IMG/VR virus record: IMGVR_UViG_3300035210_000151
DNA from: a virus
Taxonomy: Duplodnaviria > Heunggongvirae > Uroviricota > Caudoviricetes
DNA length: 64,000 nt
Reading direction: 5' to 3' (one strand)
Shown: positions 1-9,162 of the stretch, piece by piece
How positions within the stretch are numbered: the first letter of the stretch is position 1
Layout of the letters: each line of letters begins with the position of its first letter
Position numbers and translations under genes: made by a program
The notes under the pieces: generated by a model
Told to the model about the DNA's origin: nothing
Database searches by the model: none
Seen by the model: only the letters and a program-made list of their open reading frames with translations

Positions 1-2
1 AG

Positions 3-95
3 GAAGTTTTGTATGTTCTTCATGATGGTCAAGAAACGAAGTTATGTGATTGTGATTGTCATCTGAACGACCCAAACTTATGTGTTATGCATTAA
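3..95 (+). CDS. 3' end of small Cys/His-rich protein (truncated by window edge), paralog of next two genes
   Basis: Frame 3 reads EVLYVLHDGQETKLCDCDCHLNDPNLCVMH*; same CxCxCH...CxH* ending as the next two genes. Confidence 0.7.
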   Translation, partial: EVLYVLHDGQETKLCDCDCHLNDPNLCVMH

Positions 96-117
96 ATAAA
101 ATTAGGAGCAATACATT

Positions 118-360
118 ATGGTAATGCCATGCTGCGACCACTGTTATAAAAAATATATTAAAGCCGATGGCGAGATTAGTCAGCAATTTGTTGAGTCTGC
201 TTTTGGTAAAGGATCTGTGATTGAAGTTCGTCAAGAATCTAATCCATTTACTCGGGATAATCTCCCGTTGTTGGAACGAACTTATGTCATTAATGGCAAA
301 AAAGAAGAATCCCTTTGCACATGTCCTTGTCATGTCGAAGGCATTAATTGTATGCATTAA
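118..360 (+). CDS. Small Cys/His-rich putative Zn-binding protein
   Basis: GGAG RBS; N-terminal CCxxCY, C-terminal CTCPCH..G..CMH. Confidence 0.8.
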   Translation: MVMPCCDHCYKKYIKADGEISQQFVESAFGKGSVIEVRQESNPFTRDNLPLLERTYVINGKKEESLCTCPCHVEGINCMH

Positions 361-372
361 TAGGAGAATATT

Positions 373-663
373 ATGGTAGCAGCATGTTGTAGGCTTTGTT
401 ACGACCAGTATTTAAAGCCGGATAGAACACTGGATGAAGGTAAACTTCAACAATCGTATAAAAAGCGTTATAAAGCCAATGATGATGTTCCTATTATTAG
501 TGTGCAGAAATCTTACCAACCTCAGAAAAGAGGACGTTTTCAATTTTTAAAGAAAATGCCACCACTTGTCTTTTATTTTGAATACAAAATGGTTGTTGAT
601 GGCAAAGAAATTGAAATTTGTACCTGTGATTGCCATATTGAAGGTGTTGTTTGTCTTCATTAA
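373..663 (+). CDS. Small Cys/His-rich putative Zn-binding protein (paralog)
   Basis: AGGAG RBS; CCRLCY...CTCDCHIEGVVCLH. Confidence 0.8.
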   Translation: MVAACCRLCYDQYLKPDRTLDEGKLQQSYKKRYKANDDVPIISVQKSYQPQKRGRFQFLKKMPPLVFYFEYKMVVDGKEIEICTCDCHIEGVVCLH

Positions 664-708
664 TAAAATTACCTAAAGTCAATTAATATAGGATAGGAGT
701 TTCCATAC

Positions 709-1479
709 ATGACTGATAAGTCAAAGCATATGCGAATGTTATTGGATATCGTTAATCGAGACTATATCAATTGCGAAAAAACAATTTATCAAAATGATAA
801 ACAATGTGAACAGATAGATATTTGTGATAATGAATCTATTGATTATGGTCACATTAAGTTAGTTTTAAGTCCTTTTAATATCAATGGAGATCTTGAATTA
901 TTTATTGAAGATGAGCATTGCAATCATATTGATTCTTTTAGATCTAGACACTTATTTTATCATAATAGTCACTTTGATTCTTTTTTTAAAGAAAATTTTA
1001 CTGTCTATGATAATGAAGCATCTATTGAAATGGTGAAGGAATACGTCAGTAAAATATCGAATTTTATTCATGAATTTCCTTCCCAAAATATAGGAAAAAG
1101 ATCAATTGAACATAGAAGTATAATAAATAACATTGATCATTGTTTAAAATTGTTTACTGTTCGTAAGTTTATTAGTTCTACTGAAATACAAGTTGAATAC
1201 AATATTTGTTTGTCTTTAAGAGGAACTAAATGGAATTCTCATTATTCTAATCATGTGTTCGGAATCTCAATTGAAAATGGCATTATTACGAAAGATTTTA
1301 AGAACAAAAACACTCCTTTAAGTTATTTTTCAATTGATGACTTGGTATATAAAACATTTTTTACACTTCATCCAAGGATGGATACTTTTGAAAACAATAC
1401 GTTTAATGGAACAAAACCTCCATTTACAAAAGACGTGTATGATTCTATGATTATTGTGGATGAGATGCATATAATTTGA
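709..1479 (+). CDS. Hypothetical protein with C-terminal Met(-4) tag
   Basis: AGGAG RBS, 256 aa, ends IIVDEMHII. Confidence 0.75.
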   Translation: MTDKSKHMRMLLDIVNRDYINCEKTIYQNDKQCEQIDICDNESIDYGHIKLVLSPFNINGDLELFIEDEHCNHIDSFRSRHLFYHNSHFDSFFKENFTVYDNEASIEMVKEYVSKISNFIHEFPSQNIGKRSIEHRSIINNIDHCLKLFTVRKFISSTEIQVEYNICLSLRGTKWNSHYSNHVFGISIENGIITKDFKNKNTPLSYFSIDDLVYKTFFTLHPRMDTFENNTFNGTKPPFTKDVYDSMIIVDEMHII

Positions 1480-1508
1480 TTGAAAAAAAAATAGGTGTCT
1501 GCTATACT
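1480..1508 (+). promoter_or_regulatory. sigma70-type promoter
   Basis: TTGAAA-17 nt-TATACT with TG extended -10. Confidence 0.6.
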
Positions 1509-1548
1509 GCTTTTATATAGTATTATTGATAAACTTAGAGGAATTATA

Positions 1549-2352
1549 ATGATTGATCTACAACAAAAGCTAGTTAAAAACTCAATGATTTTTGATAAAA
1601 AGACGTTGTTTCAACGAAATACTAAACTGACAGAAGAGCAGGGCGAACTGGGTGAAGCCATTGTGCTTGACGACCGCTCAGAAATGCTTGAAGAAACCAT
1701 TGATACCTTACTGGTTGCCGTGTCTATTCATCTTGATCTATCAGATGATTTTGACAGCTTAAATACAATCATTGCTAATGCTTTTAGTGAAAAGCGTTCA
1801 TATCAAATCGAAAAAATTCATATGGGATTCATTACTTTGACTGGTTATGTTGGTCGTTTCGCAGAAGCGATTCAAAAATATTCAGGAGTTGCCACTAGCT
1901 CTTACAAGGGTAAGGTTTCAAAGGAAGATGTGCTTGCAAGAATTGATACTGTTATTCAACAATGTGCTGTTTTGATGAATATGCAAACCAGTGATCATGA
2001 TATTATTAACGAAATTATTTTGAGAAAAAATGAGAAATGGTTGAAACATGCTAGAAAAGGTTTTATTCTTGCTGACGTTAATCAGGCTGTGAATGTTGAA
2101 AAAGGTTCACCTGTCCTCAATGAGATTCGAGAACAAATGAAATCAATGGATGAAGTTAACCCTATATTTATGGATTACGAACAGATTTCACATCGACTTA
2201 GTAATATTCAAGATATTGACCATGTGGTTCATATTGATGAACAATACAATGACAAAAAAGATATTCTTGTTCTGAGCAACGTTCCGTTATTCGTTGCTGA
2301 TAAATTGTGTAAGTATAACTCTCGTTTTAAAATTGTTTCATTTGTTAAATGA
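1549..2352 (+). CDS. MazG-like NTP pyrophosphohydrolase domain protein
   Basis: KLTEEQGELGEAI...EETIDTLLV MazG-type acidic motif; degenerate second repeat GYVGRFAEAIQK; start moved to ATG after GAGG. Confidence 0.6.
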   Translation: MIDLQQKLVKNSMIFDKKTLFQRNTKLTEEQGELGEAIVLDDRSEMLEETIDTLLVAVSIHLDLSDDFDSLNTIIANAFSEKRSYQIEKIHMGFITLTGYVGRFAEAIQKYSGVATSSYKGKVSKEDVLARIDTVIQQCAVLMNMQTSDHDIINEIILRKNEKWLKHARKGFILADVNQAVNVEKGSPVLNEIREQMKSMDEVNPIFMDYEQISHRLSNIQDIDHVVHIDEQYNDKKDILVLSNVPLFVADKLCKYNSRFKIVSFVK

Positions 2353-2455
2353 TAAAATGCTATAACACTAGATTTTTCGAAAATATTGTGTTATAATTTG
2401 CACGCAAGAAAAATGTTAATAAAGCGTAACATCAATAAATCTAAAGGAGATTTTA

Positions 2456-2881
2456 ATGTTAACCACAATTAAAAAGCTGTTTGGTTTCAAGGGTAAAGAG
2501 GTGGAAGAAGTTGCTTATATTTCCACATTAGAACATGCTAAAAAAGAAGACCATGAGCGTATCTTAGCAAAAGCTAGGCAAGAACGAGAGGATCGTGAAA
2601 GACGTGAGCGTGAACGTATGCGAACATCTGACAGTGGCAGTGATGTATTTTCTAATCCATTACACCCACTTAATCCGATAAGTCCTATCAACTTTAATAA
2701 TTTTGATGATGATTCATCAAGCAAACATCGTAAGCATGAAAGTGGATTCTCGGATGGTGGTAGTCCGGCTTATCATCATAATACACATGGTGGTGAAAGT
2801 GGTGGTCATAGCCCTAGTGGTGGTGGTGGTGGTGGCGGGGATAGTGGTGGTGGCGGCGATGGCGGCGGCGGTGGTGATTAA
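2456..2881 (+). CDS. Hypothetical protein with Gly-rich low-complexity tail
   Basis: AAGGAG RBS; coiled-coil-like N-half, GGT/GGC-encoded Gly tail. Confidence 0.75.
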   Translation: MLTTIKKLFGFKGKEVEEVAYISTLEHAKKEDHERILAKARQEREDRERRERERMRTSDSGSDVFSNPLHPLNPISPINFNNFDDDSSSKHRKHESGFSDGGSPAYHHNTHGGESGGHSPSGGGGGGGDSGGGGDGGGGGD

Positions 2882-2883
2882 TA

Positions 2884-2908
2884 AAGTCTCTTCGGAGGCT
2901 TTTTTATT
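2884..2908 (+). terminator. Intrinsic terminator
   Basis: AAGTCTC-TTCG-GAGGCTT followed by T-tract. Confidence 0.8.
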
Positions 2909-2967
2909 GACCAAAATTTAAATGTTTGCTATACTCTACCCATAGAAAACAAACAGGATTAAATCAA

Positions 2968-3876
2968 ATGTTTAAAGTAATTACGCATTCTCAACAATTT
3001 CACCTTGACGAATTGATGGCTGTTGCCCTTTTGGATCTGTATGTATTCAAGGGTGAAAAGTTTGAACTCATTCGCACCCGAGATAAAACGATTGTTGCAG
3101 CAGGTCAAGATGACGCCAACACCTTTGTGATTGACGTAGGTTTGAAATATGACCCAGCTATGCGTAACTTTGACCATCACCAGAACGACAGTAGCCTTTG
3201 CTGGCCTGATGGGGTGCCATTGTCTTCTTGTGGTATGGTTTGGAAATGGCTTCGTGATAACAAGATTCTTCACCAGAAGATGAATGATGACACAATGAAT
3301 ATCTTTGAACGTGATTTTATTCGCCGTGTAGATATGCAAGATAACGGTATTTCAAAATTCAGTGATTGTAATTTCTTGGTAATGTATAACCGTAAGCCCG
3401 ATGATCCGCGTGAGCAAGACAAACAGTTCATGTATGCACTGAAAGCGGCAAAGTCACATTTGATTAACTATTTTGCTTATGTTCGTGGTAACATGAAAGC
3501 GGAAAAATCCATTGTAAAAGCTATCAAAAACAGTGAGAAATATAAAGATATTGTAGTCTGTGATAGTAACATCAAGGATGCTGCCAAACGTATTGCTCAG
3601 TTGACTGATAAAAAGATGGTAATCTATCCTCACAGTAATGGGGCATGGGCTATCGAAACCGTTCCATTGAATGCGAACGATGAATATTCAAAGAAAGTTC
3701 CAGCTCCAAAAGAGTGGTTGGGATTGAGCGGCGAAGAATTGGAAAAAGCTTCTGGTATTAAAGGCTTGTTCTTTTGCCATAAAGGGGCTTTTATCACCAT
3801 GTTTAGAGGCGAGCTTGATGATGCGATTAAAGTTGCTCGTGTAATGATTTTGAAACATGAAGGCCACATTCAGTAG
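2968..3876 (+). CDS. MYG1 (UPF0160) family exonuclease/metal-dependent hydrolase
   Basis: THSQQFHLDE, VIDVG, FDHHQ and FCHKGAF motifs; start moved to ATG after CAGGA. Confidence 0.8.
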   Translation: MFKVITHSQQFHLDELMAVALLDLYVFKGEKFELIRTRDKTIVAAGQDDANTFVIDVGLKYDPAMRNFDHHQNDSSLCWPDGVPLSSCGMVWKWLRDNKILHQKMNDDTMNIFERDFIRRVDMQDNGISKFSDCNFLVMYNRKPDDPREQDKQFMYALKAAKSHLINYFAYVRGNMKAEKSIVKAIKNSEKYKDIVVCDSNIKDAAKRIAQLTDKKMVIYPHSNGAWAIETVPLNANDEYSKKVPAPKEWLGLSGEELEKASGIKGLFFCHKGAFITMFRGELDDAIKVARVMILKHEGHIQ

Positions 3877-3901
3877 TCTTCTTATTAAAAGGAGTATTGG
3901 T

Positions 3902-4147
3902 ATGCAAGAGAATAAAGTAATGGGCACTATTTGCAATGAAAAAGCTGTTCAAGCATTTGTTGCACAGTCCGAACGCGATAACATTCCACTGGTGGTTATC
4001 AATGATGAAATTGATTTCTCAACGGATGTCATTTCCATGATTAAACATCATCAAACACATAACCTTGATTTGATGGTTGTAGTGGCTGAACATGTAGCAC
4101 TGAATAAATCAATGGCTCCTGAACTGTTGAATGTTCGTTGGATCTAA
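3902..4147 (+). CDS. Hypothetical protein
   Basis: AAGGAG RBS before ATG 3902. Confidence 0.65.
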   Translation: MQENKVMGTICNEKAVQAFVAQSERDNIPLVVINDEIDFSTDVISMIKHHQTHNLDLMVVVAEHVALNKSMAPELLNVRWI

Positions 4148-4156
4148 TTTTTCTTT

Positions 4157-4188
4157 GAGGGACGGTAGCTGTTCTACCGTCTCTTTTT
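4157..4188 (+). terminator. Intrinsic terminator
   Basis: GACGGTAG/CTACCGTC stem plus T-tract. Confidence 0.75.
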
Positions 4189-4268
4189 GAAACAATTTAC
4201 ATTGTCTTAAATTCTTGATGTTTCTTTGTGCTTGTAGTATAATAAGCCCATTAACAAGGAGATTAAAA

Positions 4269-4484
4269 ATGCCTATCAAAAAATCTAATCAAAAAGTCAC
4301 TAAAACAAATATTAGTGATAAGTGGATTTCAGGTGTAATCGGTGGTATTTGTAAAGCTTATGGTGTCAATCCATTTCTCGCACGACTTGTATTTCTTGCA
4401 CTAGTCTTGTTCACGTCAGGGGCTTTCATTTTATTGTATATTGTGCTTGCGTGTTTAATGCCAAGCGAATTTGAAGCTGAATAA
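4269..4484 (+). CDS. pspC: PspC-domain membrane protein
   Basis: DKWISGVIGGICKAYGVNPFLARLVF...LLYIVLACLMP matches PspC pattern; AAGGAG RBS. Confidence 0.8.
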   Translation: MPIKKSNQKVTKTNISDKWISGVIGGICKAYGVNPFLARLVFLALVLFTSGAFILLYIVLACLMPSEFEAE

Positions 4485-4515
4485 CTTAATTTTTTAATAA
4501 GCGGAGTATTATTAT

Positions 4516-5073
4516 ATGTCTCAAAAAATCTATATTGCTGGCCCAGATGTCTTCTACCCAAGAGCTGTTGAAATTGGAGAAGCTAAAAAAGCAATCTGTG
4601 CCAAATATGGTTTTGTGGGAATTTTCCCACTGGATCTGTTGCCAAACGATCTCTTTTCTAACCCACGTTATAACAATGCTCAACGTGCCGACATTTGTAA
4701 GAAGGCATGTATTGAAGGCGTTCGCTCGTGTGACATCGTTGTGGCAAACATGTCTCCCTTCCGTGGCACAGGTATGGACGTAGGTACCGCTGCTGAAATG
4801 GCCGCTGCTGACATGATTCATAAACCTGTTTATGGTTACTCAACCGACAATCGCACTTACCTTGAAAAACTTATTGCTACGGGTGAAGTTGTGCTTCTGG
4901 ATGGCTGCTACTTAGATTCAGAAGGTCAAATCATTGAAAACTTGGATCGCATTGATAACTGCATGGTGACTGAATGCTGCCAGAAGATTATTTTCCCTGA
5001 TGATAAGTCTACCACTAACCTTGAAGTGTTTGAAAAGGCGATTGCTTACATTCATGAAAAGTTTAAAGAGTGA
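4516..5073 (+). CDS. Nucleoside 2-deoxyribosyltransferase family protein
   Basis: IYIAGPDVF, CDIVVANMSPFRG, DVGTAAEM, KPVYGY motifs. Confidence 0.85.
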   Translation: MSQKIYIAGPDVFYPRAVEIGEAKKAICAKYGFVGIFPLDLLPNDLFSNPRYNNAQRADICKKACIEGVRSCDIVVANMSPFRGTGMDVGTAAEMAAADMIHKPVYGYSTDNRTYLEKLIATGEVVLLDGCYLDSEGQIIENLDRIDNCMVTECCQKIIFPDDKSTTNLEVFEKAIAYIHEKFKE

Positions 5074-5102
5074 TTGAACTACAATATAAATTGAGCTATA
5101 AT
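5074..5102 (+). promoter_or_regulatory. sigma70-type promoter
   Basis: TTGAAC-17 nt-TATAAT. Confidence 0.55.
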
Positions 5103-5112
5103 CTGTTTTCGC

Positions 5113-5142
5113 GTGTCATCTTCGGGTGACACTTTTTATTTT
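5113..5142 (+). terminator. Intrinsic terminator-like hairpin
   Basis: GTGTCATC-TTCG-GGTGACAC followed by TTTTTATTTT. Confidence 0.7.
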
Positions 5143-5154
5143 AAAGGAGCTTTC

Positions 5155-5688
5155 ATGCACATTCGACACCTTGTATTAACCAGTATGCTATCTGTTTTAG
5201 CTTTTTCAACCAGTGCGGTAGCTGCTAGTGCCGAGCCTGTTGTTAAGAAATCTACTGAAATCTCTACCTTTGGTATTAAACTGGGCCAACCTGTTACAGA
5301 TCTTAATGTTCTAAAAGTTGAGACGATGGGCGAAAGATATTCAGTTGAACCTAGTCATCCTATTGAATTTTTTGATTCGTATAACGTTACAACCACACCC
5401 GAGTATAATGTTTACAAAGTTTTTGCTTCAGGTGAGATTAAAAATTCTACCTATACCTGTAATGAAGCCGCTGCTTTTCTCAGTAAAGAATTTGAGAAAA
5501 CATATGATACAAGTTTGTTTAAACCATTGTCGCCAAAGGTGGGTCAATACATATATATGAGCAAAGATGTTAGTGTTTCTATTATGTGTATTGGACAAAA
5601 TTTGGGTTATACTTTTGCTTATCAAAAAGACCTTTCAAGTTATCCTGTCCCTATTGATAAATTTAAAGAATTCAATATTAAAATTTAA
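5155..5688 (+). CDS. Exported protein, FGI(K/E)(L/V)G family copy 1
   Basis: Sec-type signal peptide (SAVA-A); AAGGAG RBS before ATG 5155. Confidence 0.75.
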   Translation: MHIRHLVLTSMLSVLAFSTSAVAASAEPVVKKSTEISTFGIKLGQPVTDLNVLKVETMGERYSVEPSHPIEFFDSYNVTTTPEYNVYKVFASGEIKNSTYTCNEAAAFLSKEFEKTYDTSLFKPLSPKVGQYIYMSKDVSVSIMCIGQNLGYTFAYQKDLSSYPVPIDKFKEFNIKI

Positions 5689-5742
5689 TTTATTAGCCGA
5701 ATACTGTGTTCAGCTTTTTCATTCTTAAAAATAGGAGAAATC

Positions 5743-6246
5743 ATGTTTAAATCAGTTCTTATGTTTCTATCACTATCCCTAGCTGTACTTATCAGCACCG
5801 TCCAAGCTCAGGATATGCATATTAAATCCTTCGGCATTGAACTAGGGGCACCCTATAAACACTATAATTATTCAGATTATTTGTTTGGGAGAAAGATTGA
5901 CGTTTTACCACAAAATGATATGCGACAAGTGTTTAATAAGTACTATATTACGCTGACACCAGAAAGCACTGTTCATACAGTGTATGCACAAGGCAATATG
6001 AGACAGAAAGAATACTCTTGCCCAGAAATGGCTTATAACCTTGCAGGCATGTTTAAAAACAATTATTTGGCTGATATTGTGTCTTATACTGAACGAGATG
6101 GGTTCTATGAGTATGTAGGACGAACACAAGAAGTAAAGATGTATTGCGAAGGTGATACTATTCTTTATGAAGCTAGATTGAAAAAAGACTTAGAAGTACC
6201 AAAATCAAATGTTTTTGAAGTGGAAGGCATCCAAAATAATCTTTAA
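5743..6246 (+). CDS. Exported protein, FGI(K/E)(L/V)G family copy 2
   Basis: Signal peptide (VQA-Q); SFGIELG motif, two Cys. Confidence 0.75.
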   Translation: MFKSVLMFLSLSLAVLISTVQAQDMHIKSFGIELGAPYKHYNYSDYLFGRKIDVLPQNDMRQVFNKYYITLTPESTVHTVYAQGNMRQKEYSCPEMAYNLAGMFKNNYLADIVSYTERDGFYEYVGRTQEVKMYCEGDTILYEARLKKDLEVPKSNVFEVEGIQNNL

Positions 6247-6328
6247 TCATATTCAATATATTTTGCATTCTAGTATTAATCAACTATACTAGAATTGCTT
6301 AATATTCTATTTAATTAAAGGACTAGTT

Positions 6329-6820
6329 ATGTTATTCAAATTACCCATATTGTTATTTTCATTAGCTTTTTCAACTGTTTCGATGGCTGAACGATTTTCC
6401 GTTCCTGATCTATCCCTTAATGCATTTGGTATTAAGGTTGGCTCAGAGTATAAAGATTATCGCTATATCAGTTATCCTTTTAAAACAAAAATCAATATCA
6501 CACCAGAAAAGCCACTTCCAGAACTTTTTAACCATTATCAAATTGTCTTAAACAGAGACAGCACAGTCCACTCAGTCTATGCATATGGTGATGTCTATAA
6601 AGACTGGGGAGCTTGTGATGTGGATGCTAGAAAACTGTTCCTACAATTACAAGACGACTATAAAGGCTTTGTGAATGGTTCGATGGACACTAACCGCTAT
6701 TATCTATTGTCTGGTAACACTCAGGATTTGATTGTTAAGTGTAATGAGAAGGATAGACTCTATTTTATTGCGAAAGTCAAGAAAGAAATTATTCCAGATT
6801 CACCTAGTATAGAGAAATAA
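6329..6820 (+). CDS. Exported protein, FGI(K/E)(L/V)G family copy 3
   Basis: Signal peptide (SMA-E); AFGIKVG motif, two Cys. Confidence 0.75.
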   Translation: MLFKLPILLFSLAFSTVSMAERFSVPDLSLNAFGIKVGSEYKDYRYISYPFKTKINITPEKPLPELFNHYQIVLNRDSTVHSVYAYGDVYKDWGACDVDARKLFLQLQDDYKGFVNGSMDTNRYYLLSGNTQDLIVKCNEKDRLYFIAKVKKEIIPDSPSIEK

Positions 6821-6885
6821 CCTGTAGACAATGCTTTGATTATCCAGTATAATTCTTTTTTTATCCAAATGGAGAAGTATCAGAG

Positions 6886-7044
6886 ATGTCAGATAAACTA
6901 GCAAAGCAAGTAGAACAGAAACTGCAGCAACTGCGTTTTGAAATCAAATCCAATGCGGGATATCTGGAAAAGAATCCAGACGTTAAAGATCGCATTGAAG
7001 ATCGAATCAAAGTGATGGTTGCCAAACTGGAATCTATTGCATAA
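6886..7044 (+). CDS. 52-aa coiled-coil-like protein absent from ORF track
   Basis: MSDKLAKQVEQKLQQLRFEIK...KLESIA*; upstream TATAAT and GGAG; terminator follows. Confidence 0.7.
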   Translation: MSDKLAKQVEQKLQQLRFEIKSNAGYLEKNPDVKDRIEDRIKVMVAKLESIA

Positions 7045-7053
7045 CTTATTAGA

Positions 7054-7079
7054 ATAGTGCTTCGGCACTATTTTTTTTT
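7054..7079 (+). terminator. Intrinsic terminator
   Basis: ATAGTGC-TTCG-GCACTAT plus T-run. Confidence 0.85.
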
Positions 7080-7155
7080 GTCTGTTTATATTATTTGCCT
7101 ATTCTCAAAAAAAATGATATAATATCCATCAAATTAAAGCATTAAGGAGTCAAAC

Positions 7156-7917
7156 ATGGGTGGTACAATTCAACTCGTTGTTAGAAAAAAAGACGGTGAA
7201 GTTACATCACTTCCTGTTTGGACGAATAGCATGTCTTTAAAACTACTCAAAAACCCAGAGTTTCTGGCTGGTGATTTTACGGCATTTAATGAGTTTACGG
7301 ACTATCATCAAAAGCTTGTTGATGATTATGCAGAAAATAAAGTAACACAAAAGTTTAAAGACAGTGGTGCATCTCTGTATGGTTCCATTCCTTTTGGTGG
7401 TTTGTATCCGCTCAGTTATGGCATCGTTATTTTTGATTTTAAAGAAATGAAAATTTTTGAAATGCAAGAATATACCTCTTCAGAATCTATTTATGCTTCG
7501 TTTGAAACTACGTTGTTTAAGTCTGATGTTCGAATGGTGTCTATTGGTTCTGGTGGTGATCTGGTTAATGTTGAACGTTTATTGAATGGCGGTCATATCA
7601 AATCAGTAAGAACTGATTATGCTTCCGATATTAATTATGACGTATCGCACATCAGATCATTAAACGAGCTGAATGCTTTTGTAGGAGAGCGTTTGGTACA
7701 TTCGGGTGAACTTCGTAAATATCGTTATGGCCTCAGTGATAAAGAATCATTTTCATTAGATTTGGTTTTTGATAAAAAAGGCTTTGAAACCATTCTCTAT
7801 GAAGGCCATAATAGAGTATCGGTTGATAAATTATTGATGGACATTCAAGCGGCTGGTTTTGAATTGTCAGGTAATGACAAAGAACAATGGAATTTGCATG
7901 TTAAAAAATATGAATAA
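7156..7917 (+). CDS. Hypothetical protein, MGG-start family copy 1
   Basis: MGGTIQLVVR...PVWTNSM...YGIVIFDFKEMKI. Confidence 0.8.
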   Translation: MGGTIQLVVRKKDGEVTSLPVWTNSMSLKLLKNPEFLAGDFTAFNEFTDYHQKLVDDYAENKVTQKFKDSGASLYGSIPFGGLYPLSYGIVIFDFKEMKIFEMQEYTSSESIYASFETTLFKSDVRMVSIGSGGDLVNVERLLNGGHIKSVRTDYASDINYDVSHIRSLNELNAFVGERLVHSGELRKYRYGLSDKESFSLDLVFDKKGFETILYEGHNRVSVDKLLMDIQAAGFELSGNDKEQWNLHVKKYE

Positions 7918-7929
7918 GAGGATTTAATT

Positions 7930-8244
7930 GTGAATAAATTTATTACACGAGCTGTCAATCATGTTCGTTACACCACACACGTTGTTATCAGTGATGAAGA
8001 TTTCATTAAAGTCATTAAAGAAGACGATTATGTCTTTAATTCCATTGTGAACAATTCATTAGATTGGGATAATTTGGAAAGTTTGATTTTGAACTCATTC
8101 TGTTTGTCTATGATTGATAAACGTTGGCCGACACCAGAAGAACTTTCAAGCATGACTGAGGCTGAATATGACGCTTTTCATGATGAATTTCAAAAGGGGT
8201 GTATTCAACATGGTTTTGGGTATGCCAAAAACACCCAAGAGTAA
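7930..8244 (+). CDS. Hypothetical protein
   Basis: GAGGA RBS, GTG start. Confidence 0.65.
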   Translation: MNKFITRAVNHVRYTTHVVISDEDFIKVIKEDDYVFNSIVNNSLDWDNLESLILNSFCLSMIDKRWPTPEELSSMTEAEYDAFHDEFQKGCIQHGFGYAKNTQE

Positions 8245-8317
8245 CAAAACGTTTTAATTGTAAAGGTACCTATATCGCCTTCAAGCATATAGTTTAATAA
8301 TTTATAGGAGTGTCATC

Positions 8318-9154
8318 ATGGGTGGTTCTGTTCAACTAGTTGTTCGCAATAAAGAAGGTGCTATCACTGCGTTGCCAGTGTGGACGAATAGCATGGCTTC
8401 GTTGTTGCTTAAAAACCCTAAATTCCTTGCAGGTGACTTCTCCTATTTGACCGAGTTTGTTAATTATCACCGTGAACTGATGGCTGATTATGACGCTAAC
8501 CACGTTACTCGAACCTTTAAAGATTCGAATGCTGGTTTGTTTGGTTCTAAACCCTTCGGTGGTTTGGCTCCTATTGAATACGGTATTGTTGTCATTGACT
8601 TCAAAGAAATGAAAATCATTGATATGCAAGACTACACCAATGCTTCTTCCATTTATATGTCGTTGAAACGTACTGTTGGTCAACAAGATCTGCAGCTTGT
8701 TTCATTGTCTAGCACGGGCAAAGATGTTCAAGATATTGAGGAATTTATTTCGAAAGGTTATTGCAAGTCTGTAAAAACTTCTTACGAATCTGATATCAAC
8801 TATGACATTTCAGAACTACGAACTTTACATGATGTCTTGAATTTGTTGGATGATAAGTTACACAATGTGGAGATCCCAATGTCTTTTAAATCTCAGGATA
8901 TTGGAGCTGTATTAGCAATGTTGGGTAAATCTAAGCAAGAAGTTGGACTTCCAGAAGATTTTGAGTTTCCTGAAACTGAGTCTTTTCAACTTGATTTGGT
9001 TATTGATCAACAAGGTTTTGAAGTGTTAACGTATAAACCACGTAACCGTGAAAATATTTCAAAGGTAAAAGAAGAAATTATTACCCTTGGCTTTCCTTTA
9101 ACTGATGGTGATCTTGATCGTTGGGCGTTTTTTGAAAAATCTCGAGCGGAATAA
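8318..9154 (+). CDS. Hypothetical protein, MGG-start family copy 2
   Basis: MGGSVQLVVR...PVWTNSM...YGIVVIDFKEMKI. Confidence 0.8.
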   Translation: MGGSVQLVVRNKEGAITALPVWTNSMASLLLKNPKFLAGDFSYLTEFVNYHRELMADYDANHVTRTFKDSNAGLFGSKPFGGLAPIEYGIVVIDFKEMKIIDMQDYTNASSIYMSLKRTVGQQDLQLVSLSSTGKDVQDIEEFISKGYCKSVKTSYESDINYDISELRTLHDVLNLLDDKLHNVEIPMSFKSQDIGAVLAMLGKSKQEVGLPEDFEFPETESFQLDLVIDQQGFEVLTYKPRNRENISKVKEEIITLGFPLTDGDLDRWAFFEKSRAE

Positions 9155-9162
9155 GTCATTTT

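Noticed and set aside
2759-2878. GGT/GGC trinucleotide run as a microsatellite or repeat array
   Set aside because: In-frame Gly-rich coding tail; the overlapping ORFs 2515, 2703 and 2717 are shadows.
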